From assembly GCA_902553465.1 (NCBI GenBank), contig CACDKW010000001.1:6032-70031 (forward strand): a DNA stretch of 64,000 nucleotides, in the 5' to 3' direction. The stretch comes from an uncultured Pelagibacteraceae bacterium. GTDB taxonomy: Bacteria; Pseudomonadota; Alphaproteobacteria; Pelagibacterales; Pelagibacteraceae. Of the stretch, positions 46,936-57,265 are shown piece after piece (the first letter of the stretch is position 1; each line of letters opens with the position of its first letter). Under the pieces are notes generated by a model. That model did not search any database. It saw nothing but the letters and a program-made list of their open reading frames with translations, and had not been told where the DNA came from. The translations under genes were made by a program, and so were the position numbers.

Positions 46936-47976
46936 TCAATTTTTGCTACCCACTATATCAGATATATTTTGTACTCCCTCTTTGTCTAAAATATTTATTA
47001 ATTCTTCATTTATTTTTGAAACAATATTAGGACCTTGATAAATCATTCCAGTGTAAAGTTGAACTAAACTGGCTCCGTTAATTATTTTTTGATAAGCGCT
47101 CTGACCTGAATCGACACCGCCTACTCCTATTATTTTTACTTCATTTTTTAAAATTTTATAAAATTTATTTATTAATTCATTAGATTTTTTTTCCAAAGGT
47201 TTGCCAGACAATCCTCCTTTTTCTAGTTTATTAATGTTAGATAAATTGTGTCTATTTTTATCTGTTGTATTAGAAATTATTACAGCTTTTACTTTATATT
47301 TTATGAGTAAATCTGAAATTTTATTAATATTTTCATCTTCAATATCAGGTGATATTTTAACTACAATAGGAACAGAAGTTTTTAATATTTTTTTTTCTTT
47401 TTCAATTAGACTCAGTAGTTCATCCAGTTCATTTTCGTTATGAAAACTTCTCAAATTTTCAGTATTTGGTGAAGATATATTGATTGTCAAATAATCAGCA
47501 AGATTATAAAATTTATTTAGACAGATTAAAAAATCTTCAATTCTACTTTTTGTATCCTTGTTTGGTCCAATATTTATTCCAAATAAACCTTTTGGAGGAT
47601 TTGATATAATTCTTGTGCTAACTTTTTCAGAACCAGAATTATTAAAACCAAGTCTATTTATCAATGCCTCATCTTCTTCAAGGCGGAATATTCTTGGTTT
47701 AGGGTTTCCATATTGATTAATTGGAGTTACTGTTCCAACTTCAACAAATCCAAAACCTAACTTAAATAAAGAGTTGTATACTTCTGCATCTTTATCAAAA
47801 CCAGCTGCTATACCTATTGGATTTGGAACTATTTTACCAAAAATTTCTGTTTTAATTGATTCATTATTTTTAATCTTATTTTGAGAAATAAAATTAAATT
47901 TAAGAGCTTTAATGGCTAAATCATGTGCTGTTTCAGGATCTAACTTAAATATTAATGATCTTATTTTTGAAAACAT
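46936..47976 (-). CDS. pyrD: quinone-dependent dihydroorotate dehydrogenase
   Basis: DPETAH, GIAAGFDK, INRLGFNN, NISSPNT, VKISPD, GGLSG. Confidence 0.95.
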   Translation of the reverse strand: MFSKIRSLIFKLDPETAHDLAIKALKFNFISQNKIKNNESIKTEIFGKIVPNPIGIAAGFDKDAEVYNSLFKLGFGFVEVGTVTPINQYGNPKPRIFRLEEDEALINRLGFNNSGSEKVSTRIISNPPKGLFGINIGPNKDTKSRIEDFLICLNKFYNLADYLTINISSPNTENLRSFHNENELDELLSLIEKEKKILKTSVPIVVKISPDIEDENINKISDLLIKYKVKAVIISNTTDKNRHNLSNINKLEKGGLSGKPLEKKSNELINKFYKILKNEVKIIGVGGVDSGQSAYQKIINGASLVQLYTGMIYQGPNIVSKINEELINILDKEGVQNISDIVGSKN

Positions 47977-49538
47977 CAGTTAATTTTATCTTTTATTAAT
48001 TGTTGTGTCTCTTTAACACCAAAAAAACTAATAAAAAAACCCATTCTAGGTCCATTTTCGTCACCAAAAACTACTTCATAAATTAATCTAAACCAATCTC
48101 TTAGATTTTCTTTATAGCCATTTTCTTTTCCAACTGTATAAATTTGTGTTTGAATATCTTCTGGTTGCATTTCGTCAGTACATTTTTCTAAAGCTAAAAC
48201 TAGTGCATTCAATGCCTCTTTTTCTTCTACATTAGGTTTTTTATATTTTTTATATTTTTTAATTACATCATTAAAATATTTGATTGCATATTCTATAAGT
48301 TTGTCAAATATTGGATGATCTTTTTCTAAAATATTTGATTTATATTTTTTAACAAACTTCCATAAGAGTTCTTTTGAATTAGCGTTGCTAGCTTCAACTA
48401 AATTAAGAAGCATAGAAAATGTCATAATCGTATTTTCTTTTGGTATTATGCCATTATGAACATGCCAAACAGGATTTAATAGAATTTGTAATTCATTTTG
48501 ATTTTTTCCTTTTTCAATAAAATCTAAATATTCATCAACAGCTTTAGGAACAATTTCTCTGTATAATTTTTTTGCTCTTTTCGGATTTTGATACATAAAC
48601 AAAGACAGACTTTCTGGCGAGGCATATTCTAGCCATTCATTAATTGTAATCCCATTACCTTTCGATTTTGATATTTTTTCTCCTTTGTCATCTAAAAATA
48701 ACTCATAAGCAAAACCAGAAGGATTAGTTTTTCCAATTATTTTTATAATTTTTGTAGATAAGATAGCACTTTCAATTAGATCTTTTCCATACATTTCAAA
48801 ATCTACATCTAAAGCATACCATCTCATTGCCCAATCTACTTTCCATTGAAGTTTGCAGTTACCATCCAAAACACTTTTTTCCAATTTTTTTCCAAAATTA
48901 TCAAAAATAATTTTTGAATTTTTTTCATCTATCTCTAAAACAGGAATTTCCAAAACAATACCCGTGTCTGGGCAAATAGGTAAAAAAGGTGAATATGTCT
49001 TTTGTCTTTCCTTGCCAAGAGTTGGAATAATTATTTCCATAATATCATTATATTTTTTTAATACGATTTTTAATGTCTCGTTAAAAAAACCTGACTTATA
49101 AAGATTCGTTGAACTCTTAAATGTGTATTTAAAATTAAAGTCATTTAAAAAATTTTTTAACATCTCATTATTGTGCTCACCAAAACTATTAAATTTTTTA
49201 AAAGGGTCTGGAATATCAGTTAAAGGTTTATGTAAATTATTTTTTAAAAAATCTTTATTTGGAATATTTTCAGGAATTTTTCTTAAACCATCCATGTCAT
49301 CTGAAAAAGTTATAATTTCTTTCGGTAAATCAGTTAATTGATCTAGAGCATTAACAACCATGGATGTTCTAGCAACTTCTCCAAATGTTCCTATATGAGG
49401 AAGTCCGCTTGGTCCATATCCAGTTTGTAAAATAATTTTCCCTTTTTTTTCTATATATTTTTTTCTTTCACGGAGAACTTTTTTGGCCTCTACAAATGGC
49501 CAAGCGTTAGTTTTTTCTATGTTCGTTTTATCAATCAC
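47976..49538 (-). CDS. lysS: lysine--tRNA ligase, class I
   Basis: GYGPSGLPHIGTFGEV, KLQWKVDW, KISKSKGN, GPR.G; GTG start. Confidence 0.95.
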   Translation of the reverse strand: MIDKTNIEKTNAWPFVEAKKVLRERKKYIEKKGKIILQTGYGPSGLPHIGTFGEVARTSMVVNALDQLTDLPKEIITFSDDMDGLRKIPENIPNKDFLKNNLHKPLTDIPDPFKKFNSFGEHNNEMLKNFLNDFNFKYTFKSSTNLYKSGFFNETLKIVLKKYNDIMEIIIPTLGKERQKTYSPFLPICPDTGIVLEIPVLEIDEKNSKIIFDNFGKKLEKSVLDGNCKLQWKVDWAMRWYALDVDFEMYGKDLIESAILSTKIIKIIGKTNPSGFAYELFLDDKGEKISKSKGNGITINEWLEYASPESLSLFMYQNPKRAKKLYREIVPKAVDEYLDFIEKGKNQNELQILLNPVWHVHNGIIPKENTIMTFSMLLNLVEASNANSKELLWKFVKKYKSNILEKDHPIFDKLIEYAIKYFNDVIKKYKKYKKPNVEEKEALNALVLALEKCTDEMQPEDIQTQIYTVGKENGYKENLRDWFRLIYEVVFGDENGPRMGFFISFFGVKETQQLIKDKIN

Positions 49539-49631
49539 AATTTAAAATACAAAAATAACTCATAAAATATGTGGTTTTAACAATTCTTATAGAGTTGAAA
49601 TTTATTTACCATAAAATAATGTCCATTCAAA

Positions 49632-51080
49632 ATGTCGAATTATAAAACAGTTTTTTTCACACTAGGTATATTGCAAGTAATTTTAGGATTAGCCATGATT
49701 ATGCCTATAATTGTCCAATTTATTTATAATGAATTGGATTCTTCATTTGTTAGCTCTGGTATTATCACAATTATTTTTGGTATATTATTTTTTTTGTCAA
49801 ATTTAGACCATGACAAAAAATTAAATTTAACTCAAGCTTTCCTTCTAACTGCACTATCTTGGTTGAGTATAGCTGTATTTGGATCATTGCCATTTATTTT
49901 TTCTAATTTAAGTCTAGACATAACAGATGCTTTCTTTGAAAGTATGTCAGGAATTACAACCACTGGATCTACAATAATAACAAATTTAGATACTGCTCCA
50001 AAAAGTATTTTACTTTGGCGTGCTATTCTTCAATGGTTAGGAGGAATTGGAATAATTGTAATGGCAATTACTCTTATGCCTATAATGAACGTTGGGGGCA
50101 TGCAACTGTTTAAAATTTCAAGCAATGATACTGCTGAAAAAATTTTACCAAAATCTAAAGAAATAAGTTTAAGATTAATATTGATATATTTAGTGTTAAC
50201 ATTTTCCTGTGCTCTGTTTTATAAAATTTTTGGAATGAATTTTTTTGATAGCCTCACTCACTCAATGACAACTATAGCAACTGGCGGTTTTTCAAATTAT
50301 AATCAATCTATTGGTTATTTTAATAGTATTTTAATTGAAATAACCTCAATGATATTTATATTGTTAGGAAGTTTACCTTTTATAGCTTATTTGAAATTTC
50401 TTAATGGAGATAAAAAAATATTTTATTCTGATACTCAAATCAAAACTTTTTTTAAAATAGTCTTTTTTTCAATTGTAATATTGTTTATTTACTTATTAAT
50501 TTTAAAGCAGAGTTTGTTTGAGGTAAGCTTAAGATCTATTGCTTTTAATGTAATTTCAATTTTAACAGGAACTGGTTATGTTACTCAAGATTTTAATCAA
50601 TGGGGGAATTTTCCTCTAATATTTTTTTTAATATTAATGTTTATAGGGGGATGTGCTGGTTCAACTGCTTGCGGTATTAAAATTTTTAGAATCCAATTAC
50701 TTTATAATTTTTTAATAAATCAATTAAAAAAAATAATTTATCCTAGAGGAATATTTATAATTAAATATGATAAGAGTAATATTGATGATAAATTTATGTC
50801 TTCAGTTATTTCATTTATTTTTCTTTATATTGTAATTTTTTTTATTTTAACTGCAATATTGTCATTAACTGGTTTAGATTTTATTACTTCAATATCTGGA
50901 GCTGCAACTTCAATTTCTAATGTTGGCCCAGGGCTTGGTGAAATAATTGGTCCAAATGGAAACTTTTCTTCTCTATCAAATTCATCTAAATGGGCATTAA
51001 GTCTAGGAATGATTTTAGGTAGACTTGAATTATTTGCTATATTAGTGTTGTTTATTCCATCTTTTTGGAGAAAATTTTAA
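49632..51080 (+). CDS. trkH: TrkH-family potassium uptake protein
   Basis: FFESMSGITTTG, QWLGGIG, TGGF, GGCAGST..GIK, NVGPG, GRLE. Confidence 0.94.
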   Translation: MSNYKTVFFTLGILQVILGLAMIMPIIVQFIYNELDSSFVSSGIITIIFGILFFLSNLDHDKKLNLTQAFLLTALSWLSIAVFGSLPFIFSNLSLDITDAFFESMSGITTTGSTIITNLDTAPKSILLWRAILQWLGGIGIIVMAITLMPIMNVGGMQLFKISSNDTAEKILPKSKEISLRLILIYLVLTFSCALFYKIFGMNFFDSLTHSMTTIATGGFSNYNQSIGYFNSILIEITSMIFILLGSLPFIAYLKFLNGDKKIFYSDTQIKTFFKIVFFSIVILFIYLLILKQSLFEVSLRSIAFNVISILTGTGYVTQDFNQWGNFPLIFFLILMFIGGCAGSTACGIKIFRIQLLYNFLINQLKKIIYPRGIFIIKYDKSNIDDKFMSSVISFIFLYIVIFFILTAILSLTGLDFITSISGAATSISNVGPGLGEIIGPNGNFSSLSNSSKWALSLGMILGRLELFAILVLFIPSFWRKF

Positions 51081-52453
51081 TGTTAGAAAAAAAGCAAAGT
51101 TGGACGGATTCACTCTTGATTTATAAAGACATAAGAATGCTAAGAATTTTACTTCTTGGTGCAATAAGTGGTTTCCCATGGGTTTTAATTGCAAGTAGTT
51201 TAAGCCTTTGGCTTAAAGAGGAAGGGCTTAGTAGATCAACTATTGGATGGGCAGGTCTAATTTTTGGTGTATATGCATTTAATTATTTATGGGCTCCAAT
51301 CATAGACAGAATTCAAATACCATTTTTAACAAAAAAACTAGGCCATAGAAGAGGATGGATAGTTTTAATGCAGATTGTAATTTTATTAAGCTTATTGGTT
51401 TGGAGCTTTATAAATCCAACACAAAATTTAGCTCTATTAATTACTGTTGGATTAATAATTGCAATAGCATCTGCTACTCAAGATATTACTGTTGATGCAT
51501 TAAGAATTGAACAAATCAATGAAAATGAAGGAAAAGCTATGGCGGCTGGTGCTGCAATGGCAGTGGTTGGTTGGTGGACTGGTTATAAACTAGGAGGAGT
51601 TGTGGCTTTATTTACAGCAGAATATTTTCAAAACATGGGTATAGCTGATTATTGGCAAGCCACTTTTTTAGTTTTAGGAGTAGTTATAATTTTAATGAAT
51701 ATTGGTTTGATGTTTGTTCATGAACCAATTGAAACTGATAGGCAAGCAAAACAAAGGGAAACTGATAAGATAATTGAAAAAAAACTTGGATCTAGCAATA
51801 TTATAACTAATTTCATTGTTTACATCACAGGAACTATTGGTGGACCTATAATTAGTTTTTTTAAAAAAAATGGATTTAATATTGCTATAGGAATACTAGG
51901 CTTTGTATTTTTATTTAAAATTGGAGAAGCATTTCTTGGACGGATGTCTATTGTTTTTTATAAAGAAATTGGATTTTCTAAAGGTCAGATTGCAATTTAT
52001 TCAAAAGGACTTGGATGGATTACAACGGTTGCTTTTACTTTATTGGGTGGCATCATGGCTATGAGAGCAGGTACAATAAAAACAATGTTTTTTGCCGGAG
52101 GTTTAATGGCTCTAACAAACCTACTATTCGCAATTTTAGCTTGGACGGGTAAATCTGAATTATTATTTGCAATTGCTGTTATTGCTGACGATATTACAGC
52201 AGCATTTGCAACAGTAGCATTTGTTGCATTTATTTCATTATTAGTTGATAGAACTTATACAGCCACTCAATATGCACTACTTGCATCAATTGGGACTGCT
52301 GGCAGAACAACCCTTGCTTCATCTTCTGGAGCTCTTGTTGATTGGCTAAATGGAGACTGGGGAACATTTTTTGTTTTAACCACAATCATGGTCATTCCAT
52401 CTTTAATTTGCTTATGGTTTATCAAAAATAAAATAAAAATTAGTGCAAAATAA
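51080..52453 (+). CDS. ampG: AmpG-family muropeptide MFS transporter; start at ATG 51080
   Basis: LG.ISGFP, LWAP..D, G.RRGW, SATQDI.VDA.RIE, TATQYALL. Confidence 0.88.
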   Translation: MLEKKQSWTDSLLIYKDIRMLRILLLGAISGFPWVLIASSLSLWLKEEGLSRSTIGWAGLIFGVYAFNYLWAPIIDRIQIPFLTKKLGHRRGWIVLMQIVILLSLLVWSFINPTQNLALLITVGLIIAIASATQDITVDALRIEQINENEGKAMAAGAAMAVVGWWTGYKLGGVVALFTAEYFQNMGIADYWQATFLVLGVVIILMNIGLMFVHEPIETDRQAKQRETDKIIEKKLGSSNIITNFIVYITGTIGGPIISFFKKNGFNIAIGILGFVFLFKIGEAFLGRMSIVFYKEIGFSKGQIAIYSKGLGWITTVAFTLLGGIMAMRAGTIKTMFFAGGLMALTNLLFAILAWTGKSELLFAIAVIADDITAAFATVAFVAFISLLVDRTYTATQYALLASIGTAGRTTLASSSGALVDWLNGDWGTFFVLTTIMVIPSLICLWFIKNKIKISAK

Positions 52454-53168
52454 TTATTATTCAACATATTCCTGCGTAAATATATACGAACGTCCTTCGA
52501 TTAATTCTAAAATTAGCTCTCAAATTATTTATGGTGAAAAATTTAAAGTTTTAAAAAAAGTAAAAAATTTTCTTAAAATAAGGACTTCCTACGATAGATA
52601 TCATGGTTATATACAAGATAAAAATTTTATTAAAAAATTTAAACCAACTCACAAAGTAAAAACTTTAAAGGCTAGAATTTATAAATCAAATAATTTCTTA
52701 GCATTTTCAAGTGAAATTGAGATTATAAAGAAGAAAAAGAATTATGTTATGTTTGAAAAAAATAAATGGATAAAAAAAAAAGATATAACTCATATAAATA
52801 ATAAAGAAAAAAATTTTACTAAAATTTTTAAGTCATATTTAAATTATAAGTATAAATGGGGAGGAAAAACGTACCAAGGTATCGACTGTTCTGCATTAAT
52901 TCAAATATTTTATAAATTTAACAACATTTTTTTTCCAAGAGATACAGTTGATCAAATAAAATACAAAAAGGGCACTATGACAAAAAAAAAATTTAAACTT
53001 GGTGATATTATTTATTGGAAAGGACATGTTGCAGTTTGCATTAATTCAAAAAAATTAATTCATGCCTATGGACCTAAAAAAAAAGTTATTATTATGCCAA
53101 TTAACGAAACAATAAAAACAATAGAAAAAACTGCAAATTTAAAGGTTAAAAAAATTTGTAGAATATAA
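52443..53168 (+). CDS. SH3-NlpC/P60 (C40) cell-wall peptidase
   Basis: Y.WGG....IDCSAL, PRD..DQ, GHV, IHA; GTG start. Confidence 0.88.
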   Translation: MQNNYYSTYSCVNIYERPSINSKISSQIIYGEKFKVLKKVKNFLKIRTSYDRYHGYIQDKNFIKKFKPTHKVKTLKARIYKSNNFLAFSSEIEIIKKKKNYVMFEKNKWIKKKDITHINNKEKNFTKIFKSYLNYKYKWGGKTYQGIDCSALIQIFYKFNNIFFPRDTVDQIKYKKGTMTKKKFKLGDIIYWKGHVAVCINSKKLIHAYGPKKKVIIMPINETIKTIEKTANLKVKKICRI

Positions 53169-53169
53169 A

Positions 53170-54066
53170 TTATTCTCTTCCAAAATCTGGCTTTGATACA
53201 TCCTGTTTTAATTGAACAATTTGTGTTCTTACTTTTTTAGAATTAGATAATCTGGACAAAAGTTTTTTATTATTTTTATTTTGAATTATTTTTTTGAATG
53301 AGTTTAAATTTTTAGTAAATAAATTTATTGCTTTAATTATATTATCATTGTTAAAAAATATATCTCTCCACATAACCTCATTTGAAGCAGCTATTCTTGA
53401 AAAATCCCTCAACCCTCCAGCGCTGTATTGAATTAGATTTCTTCTTTGAATTTTTTGTGAGTCTTGGGCTGTTTTAATTAAATTGTATGCAATTAAGTGG
53501 GGTAAATGACTTGTAATAGAAAAAATTTTATCGTGATTGACTGGGTTCATTAAAACTACTTTAGAACCAATTTTTTTCCAAAATTTTTTTAATAAATTAG
53601 TTTTTTTTAAATTTTGTTTTTTTTCCTTAATAATTACGCACCATTTATTTAGAAACAAATTTTTATTTCCATATTCTGGACCGCTAACCTCTGAACCTGC
53701 TATGGGATGACTTGATATCCAATTAAATTTTTTATTAAGAATTTTATTTTTTAATTTAATTATATTTTGTTTTGTAGAACCAACATCTGTAATCAGGCAG
53801 CTTACTTTCAAACTTTTATTTAATTTCTCAATTATTTTTTTGTATTGGCTCATGGGCGTACATATAATAACTAAATCAACATCAGATATTTCACTATTTA
53901 TACTTTTAATAAATTTACAATTTGATTTAATTTTTTTTATTTTAGAAATATTCGATTTTGATTTTTCTAGTACAAAAGTTTTTTTTGATAACTTCTTGCT
54001 ATGTATGGCTCGTAGTATTGATGACCCTATTAAACCACATCCTATAATTAATACTTTTTTAAACAT
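53170..54066 (-). CDS. tyrC: prephenate/cyclohexadienyl dehydrogenase
   Basis: GCGLIGSS, TDVGSTK, HPIAGSE.SG, HD...TSHLPH, GLRDF.RIA. Confidence 0.9.
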   Translation of the reverse strand: MFKKVLIIGCGLIGSSILRAIHSKKLSKKTFVLEKSKSNISKIKKIKSNCKFIKSINSEISDVDLVIICTPMSQYKKIIEKLNKSLKVSCLITDVGSTKQNIIKLKNKILNKKFNWISSHPIAGSEVSGPEYGNKNLFLNKWCVIIKEKKQNLKKTNLLKKFWKKIGSKVVLMNPVNHDKIFSITSHLPHLIAYNLIKTAQDSQKIQRRNLIQYSAGGLRDFSRIAASNEVMWRDIFFNNDNIIKAINLFTKNLNSFKKIIQNKNNKKLLSRLSNSKKVRTQIVQLKQDVSKPDFGRE

Positions 54067-55144
54067 TTTTAAATATCTTGTTTATACTTTTTAAAAATAA
54101 CTTGTTTTCTGAATTGTTACCAATTGTTAGTCTTAAACAATTTTTTATTCCATAAGTTTTGGTCTCTCTTAATATTAAACCTTTTTTTAACAATTTTTTT
54201 TCAACATTACTTGCCGTTAATTTGCATTTACCAAAATTAAGCAAAAGAAAATTTGCACTTACTTTATTACAAAAAATATTAAATTGTTCTAAGCTATTTT
54301 TAATTTTTTTACTCCAAAATAAATTATGTTTAACTGATTTAGTTATGAATTTACTATCCTTTAAAGCTTCAATTGCGCATAATTGAGCAAATTTATTTAC
54401 ATTAAAAGGTGGTTTAATCATATTTAATGCATCAATTATTTTTCTATCACCATATCCCCAACCCACTCTTAAGGAAGCAAGACCATATATTTTAGAAAAG
54501 GTTCTTAAAATAAATACGTTTTTTTTATTTTTAAAGATATTTAATCCTGAAGAATAATTTTTATCTTTCATATATTCATCATAAGCATCATCTACAACTA
54601 ATAAAATTTTACTATTTAATTTTTTTCTTAAATTAATTAATTCTTTTTTTTCTAAATATGTACCTGTTGGATTGTTAGGATTTGCTATAAAAACAATTTT
54701 AGTTTTTTTGCTAACTTTTTTAATTATATTTTCAACTGAAACTCTAAATTGTTTTTCCTTAGAAAAAACTACTTTTGCTCCAACAATTGATGCATATATT
54801 CTGTACATCAAAAAACTATATTGTGGTACGATTACTTCATCTCCAGATTTAAGAAAAAGTTGACATATCATTTGAATTACTTCATCTGAGCCAGAACCAC
54901 AGATAATTTTATTAAAATCACATTTAAATTTTAAAGAAATTAATTTCCTTAAATTTATTGCTTTACTGTCTGGATATTTAGAAATTTTATAATTTTTGCT
55001 TTGTAATATCTTCAGCACTTTGGGACTCATACCTAATGCAGACTCATTAGCTGATAATTTTATCACATTTTTTTTGCTTTTTAATATAGATCTTCCTGGC
55101 TTGTAAGCTTCTATATTTATTTTTCTAAAGTTAAGCGAAGTCAT
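54059..55144 (-). CDS. hisC: histidinol-phosphate aminotransferase; start approximate
   Basis: KLSANES, GSDE, NPNNPTG, DDAY, RTFSKIYGLA.LRVG. Confidence 0.93.
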   Translation of the reverse strand: MTSLNFRKINIEAYKPGRSILKSKKNVIKLSANESALGMSPKVLKILQSKNYKISKYPDSKAINLRKLISLKFKCDFNKIICGSGSDEVIQMICQLFLKSGDEVIVPQYSFLMYRIYASIVGAKVVFSKEKQFRVSVENIIKKVSKKTKIVFIANPNNPTGTYLEKKELINLRKKLNSKILLVVDDAYDEYMKDKNYSSGLNIFKNKKNVFILRTFSKIYGLASLRVGWGYGDRKIIDALNMIKPPFNVNKFAQLCAIEALKDSKFITKSVKHNLFWSKKIKNSLEQFNIFCNKVSANFLLLNFGKCKLTASNVEKKLLKKGLILRETKTYGIKNCLRLTIGNNSENKLFLKSINKIFKNV

Positions 55145-55250
55145 AATTTTCAATATTTTGTATCTTTATAGATAAAAAATTACTTATTTACATAAAATAT
55201 TTAATATTTTTATAAAATTGACATATACAAATGTATACTGTAAATAATTC

Positions 55251-55301
55251 ATGCGCTGATTTAACTGAATTGCGAGCGCTATAAAAAAACCGCTAAATAA
55301 G
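55251..55301 (+). ncRNA. SAM-II riboswitch aptamer
   Basis: GCGCUGAUUUAA...UUGCGAGCGC...GCUAAA: P1 GCGCU/AGCGC and pseudoknot strand match the SAM-II consensus; directly upstream of metX. Confidence 0.88.
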
Positions 55302-55331
55302 TTTTTTTACCTCACAATTCACCAAAAAAAT

Positions 55332-56465
55332 ATGAACGATATTGAGAAAGTAAAAAAATTAATTATTGATAAGCCATTAAAGCTTGATTGTGGGCAAACT
55401 ATATCCAATTTTCCGTTAGCATACGAAACTTATGGAAAACTTAATGATAAAAAAGATAATGCAATTTTAGCATTTCATGCACTGACTGGAGACCAATTTG
55501 CTTCAGGTACAAATCCAATAACTAAAAAAGAAGGTTGGTGGAATTACCTTATAGGACCTGGTAAGGCAATAGATACACAAAAATATTTTGTAATTTGTGC
55601 AAACGTACTTGGAGGATGTATGGGTTCTTATGGTCCAAGTAACATTAATCCAAAAACTAGTAAAAATTTTGGAACAGAATTTCCGGTCATAACAATAAAT
55701 GATATGGTTAACGCTCAGTATCACTTGTTAGAATTTTTTAAGATAAAAAAATTATTTTCAGTTTTAGGTGGATCAATGGGTGGGATGCAAGTACTACAAT
55801 TTGTGTCGAATTTTCCAGATAAATCTGAAACTGCAATACCTATAGCTTGTACGCATAGTCATTCTGCACAAAACATTGCTCTAAATGAACTTGGAAGGCA
55901 ATCAATTATGGCAGATCATAATTGGGTAAATGGATTTTATGAGGACAATAACAAATCTCCTGATAAAGGATTGGCAGTGGCTAGAATGGCAGCACATATT
56001 ACATATTTATCTAAAAAAGGCTTGCAAGAAAAATTTGGAAGAAAACTGCAAGAAAGAGATGATTTAAAGTTTGGTTTTGATGCAGATTTTCAAATTGAAA
56101 GTTATCTAAGACATCAGGGTTCGGTTTTTGTAGATAGGTTTGATGCTAATAGTTATCTTTATATAACAAGAGCTATGGATTATTTTGATCTTTCGAAACG
56201 ATTTGATGGCAATCTTTCAAAAGCATTTGAAAAAACTAATACTAAATTTTTTATTATATCTTTTACTTCGGATTGGCTATATCCAACACTTGAGAATAGA
56301 GAAATAGTAATAGCGTTAAATTCTATAGGAAAAGACGTGGGGTTTGCTGAGATAAACTCTGATAAAGGTCACGATTCATTTTTGTTAAATATTCCTGATT
56401 TTCTTACTACAATAAAAAATTTTTTAAATACATCTTATAATAAATTGAATGAAAAAAGAATTTAA
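55332..56465 (+). CDS. metX: homoserine O-acetyltransferase
   Basis: HALTGD, GGSMGG nucleophile, RFDANSY, SDWL, GHDSFL. Confidence 0.95.
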   Translation: MNDIEKVKKLIIDKPLKLDCGQTISNFPLAYETYGKLNDKKDNAILAFHALTGDQFASGTNPITKKEGWWNYLIGPGKAIDTQKYFVICANVLGGCMGSYGPSNINPKTSKNFGTEFPVITINDMVNAQYHLLEFFKIKKLFSVLGGSMGGMQVLQFVSNFPDKSETAIPIACTHSHSAQNIALNELGRQSIMADHNWVNGFYEDNNKSPDKGLAVARMAAHITYLSKKGLQEKFGRKLQERDDLKFGFDADFQIESYLRHQGSVFVDRFDANSYLYITRAMDYFDLSKRFDGNLSKAFEKTNTKFFIISFTSDWLYPTLENREIVIALNSIGKDVGFAEINSDKGHDSFLLNIPDFLTTIKNFLNTSYNKLNEKRI

Positions 56466-56748
56466 TACAATAGCAAGCTTAGTTGAAAAAAACTCAAAAG
56501 TTTTAGACGTTGGTTGTGGAGATGGTGAATTAATGAAATATATTAATGAAAACATTACAAATGACATAAGAGGTTTAGAAATACTAAAAAGTAATGTTCA
56601 AGAATGTGTAGCAAAAGGATTAACAGTTATCGAAGGAGATGCCGAAAAAGATTTAAAACAATTTCCTAATTCATCCTTTGATTATGTTATTTTAAGTCAA
56701 ACACTTCAAGCCTTCCTAGATCCAGAAAATGTAATTAGCGAATTATGA
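56449..56748 (+). pseudogene. metW: 5' half of metW, truncated at a junction
   Basis: VLDVGCGDG.L, DYVILSQTLQA then stop at 99 aa (family is about twice as long); typical metX-metW pairing. Confidence 0.85.
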
Positions 56749-57263
56749 TGACACCAAAATCTTTACTTAGAAATAGATACTGTGTTTCAAACATTGAAGA
56801 TTTTAGTAAAAAAAATTCTTTCCATAGAGTTTTGTGGGATCATTCAATGGATCCAAAAACCAAAGGATTTATTAAACTAAAAAAAAATAAAAAAATAAAA
56901 AAAGTAATATTATGTTCAGGAAAAATATATTTTGATCTTTTATTAGCTAGAGAAAAATTAAAAAAAAATGATGTTATTTTATTTCGAATTGAACAGCTTT
57001 ACCCTTTTCCAGCAAAAAGTTTAGTAAAAGAAATTAAACCATTTGCAAAAAATGCTAAATTTTATTGGTGCCAGGAAGAGCCAAAAAATATGGGTGCATG
57101 GCTACTGGTTAGAGATTATATACAATGGACATTAGATTATATAAAAGCTAATAATAGAGAAATTTCTTATATTGGGAGAAATCCTGATGCAACACCAGCT
57201 ACAGGTTATGCAGCAAGGCATTTAGCTCAACAAAAAGAAATAATTAATAAAGTTTTTAATTAA
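56745..57263 (+). pseudogene. sucA: 3' fragment of 2-oxoglutarate dehydrogenase E1
   Basis: MTPKSLLR, CSGKIYFDL, RIEQLYPFP, WCQEEPKNMG, YIGR...ATPATG: only the last ~170 aa; directly upstream of sucB. Confidence 0.9.
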
Positions 57264-57265
57264 TA

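Noticed and set aside
56745-57263. 172-aa sucA ORF as a stand-alone gene or programmed metW-sucA frameshift fusion
   Set aside because: Starts mid-domain exactly where metW is cut, has no RBS, and the fusion makes no functional sense; a junction explains it better
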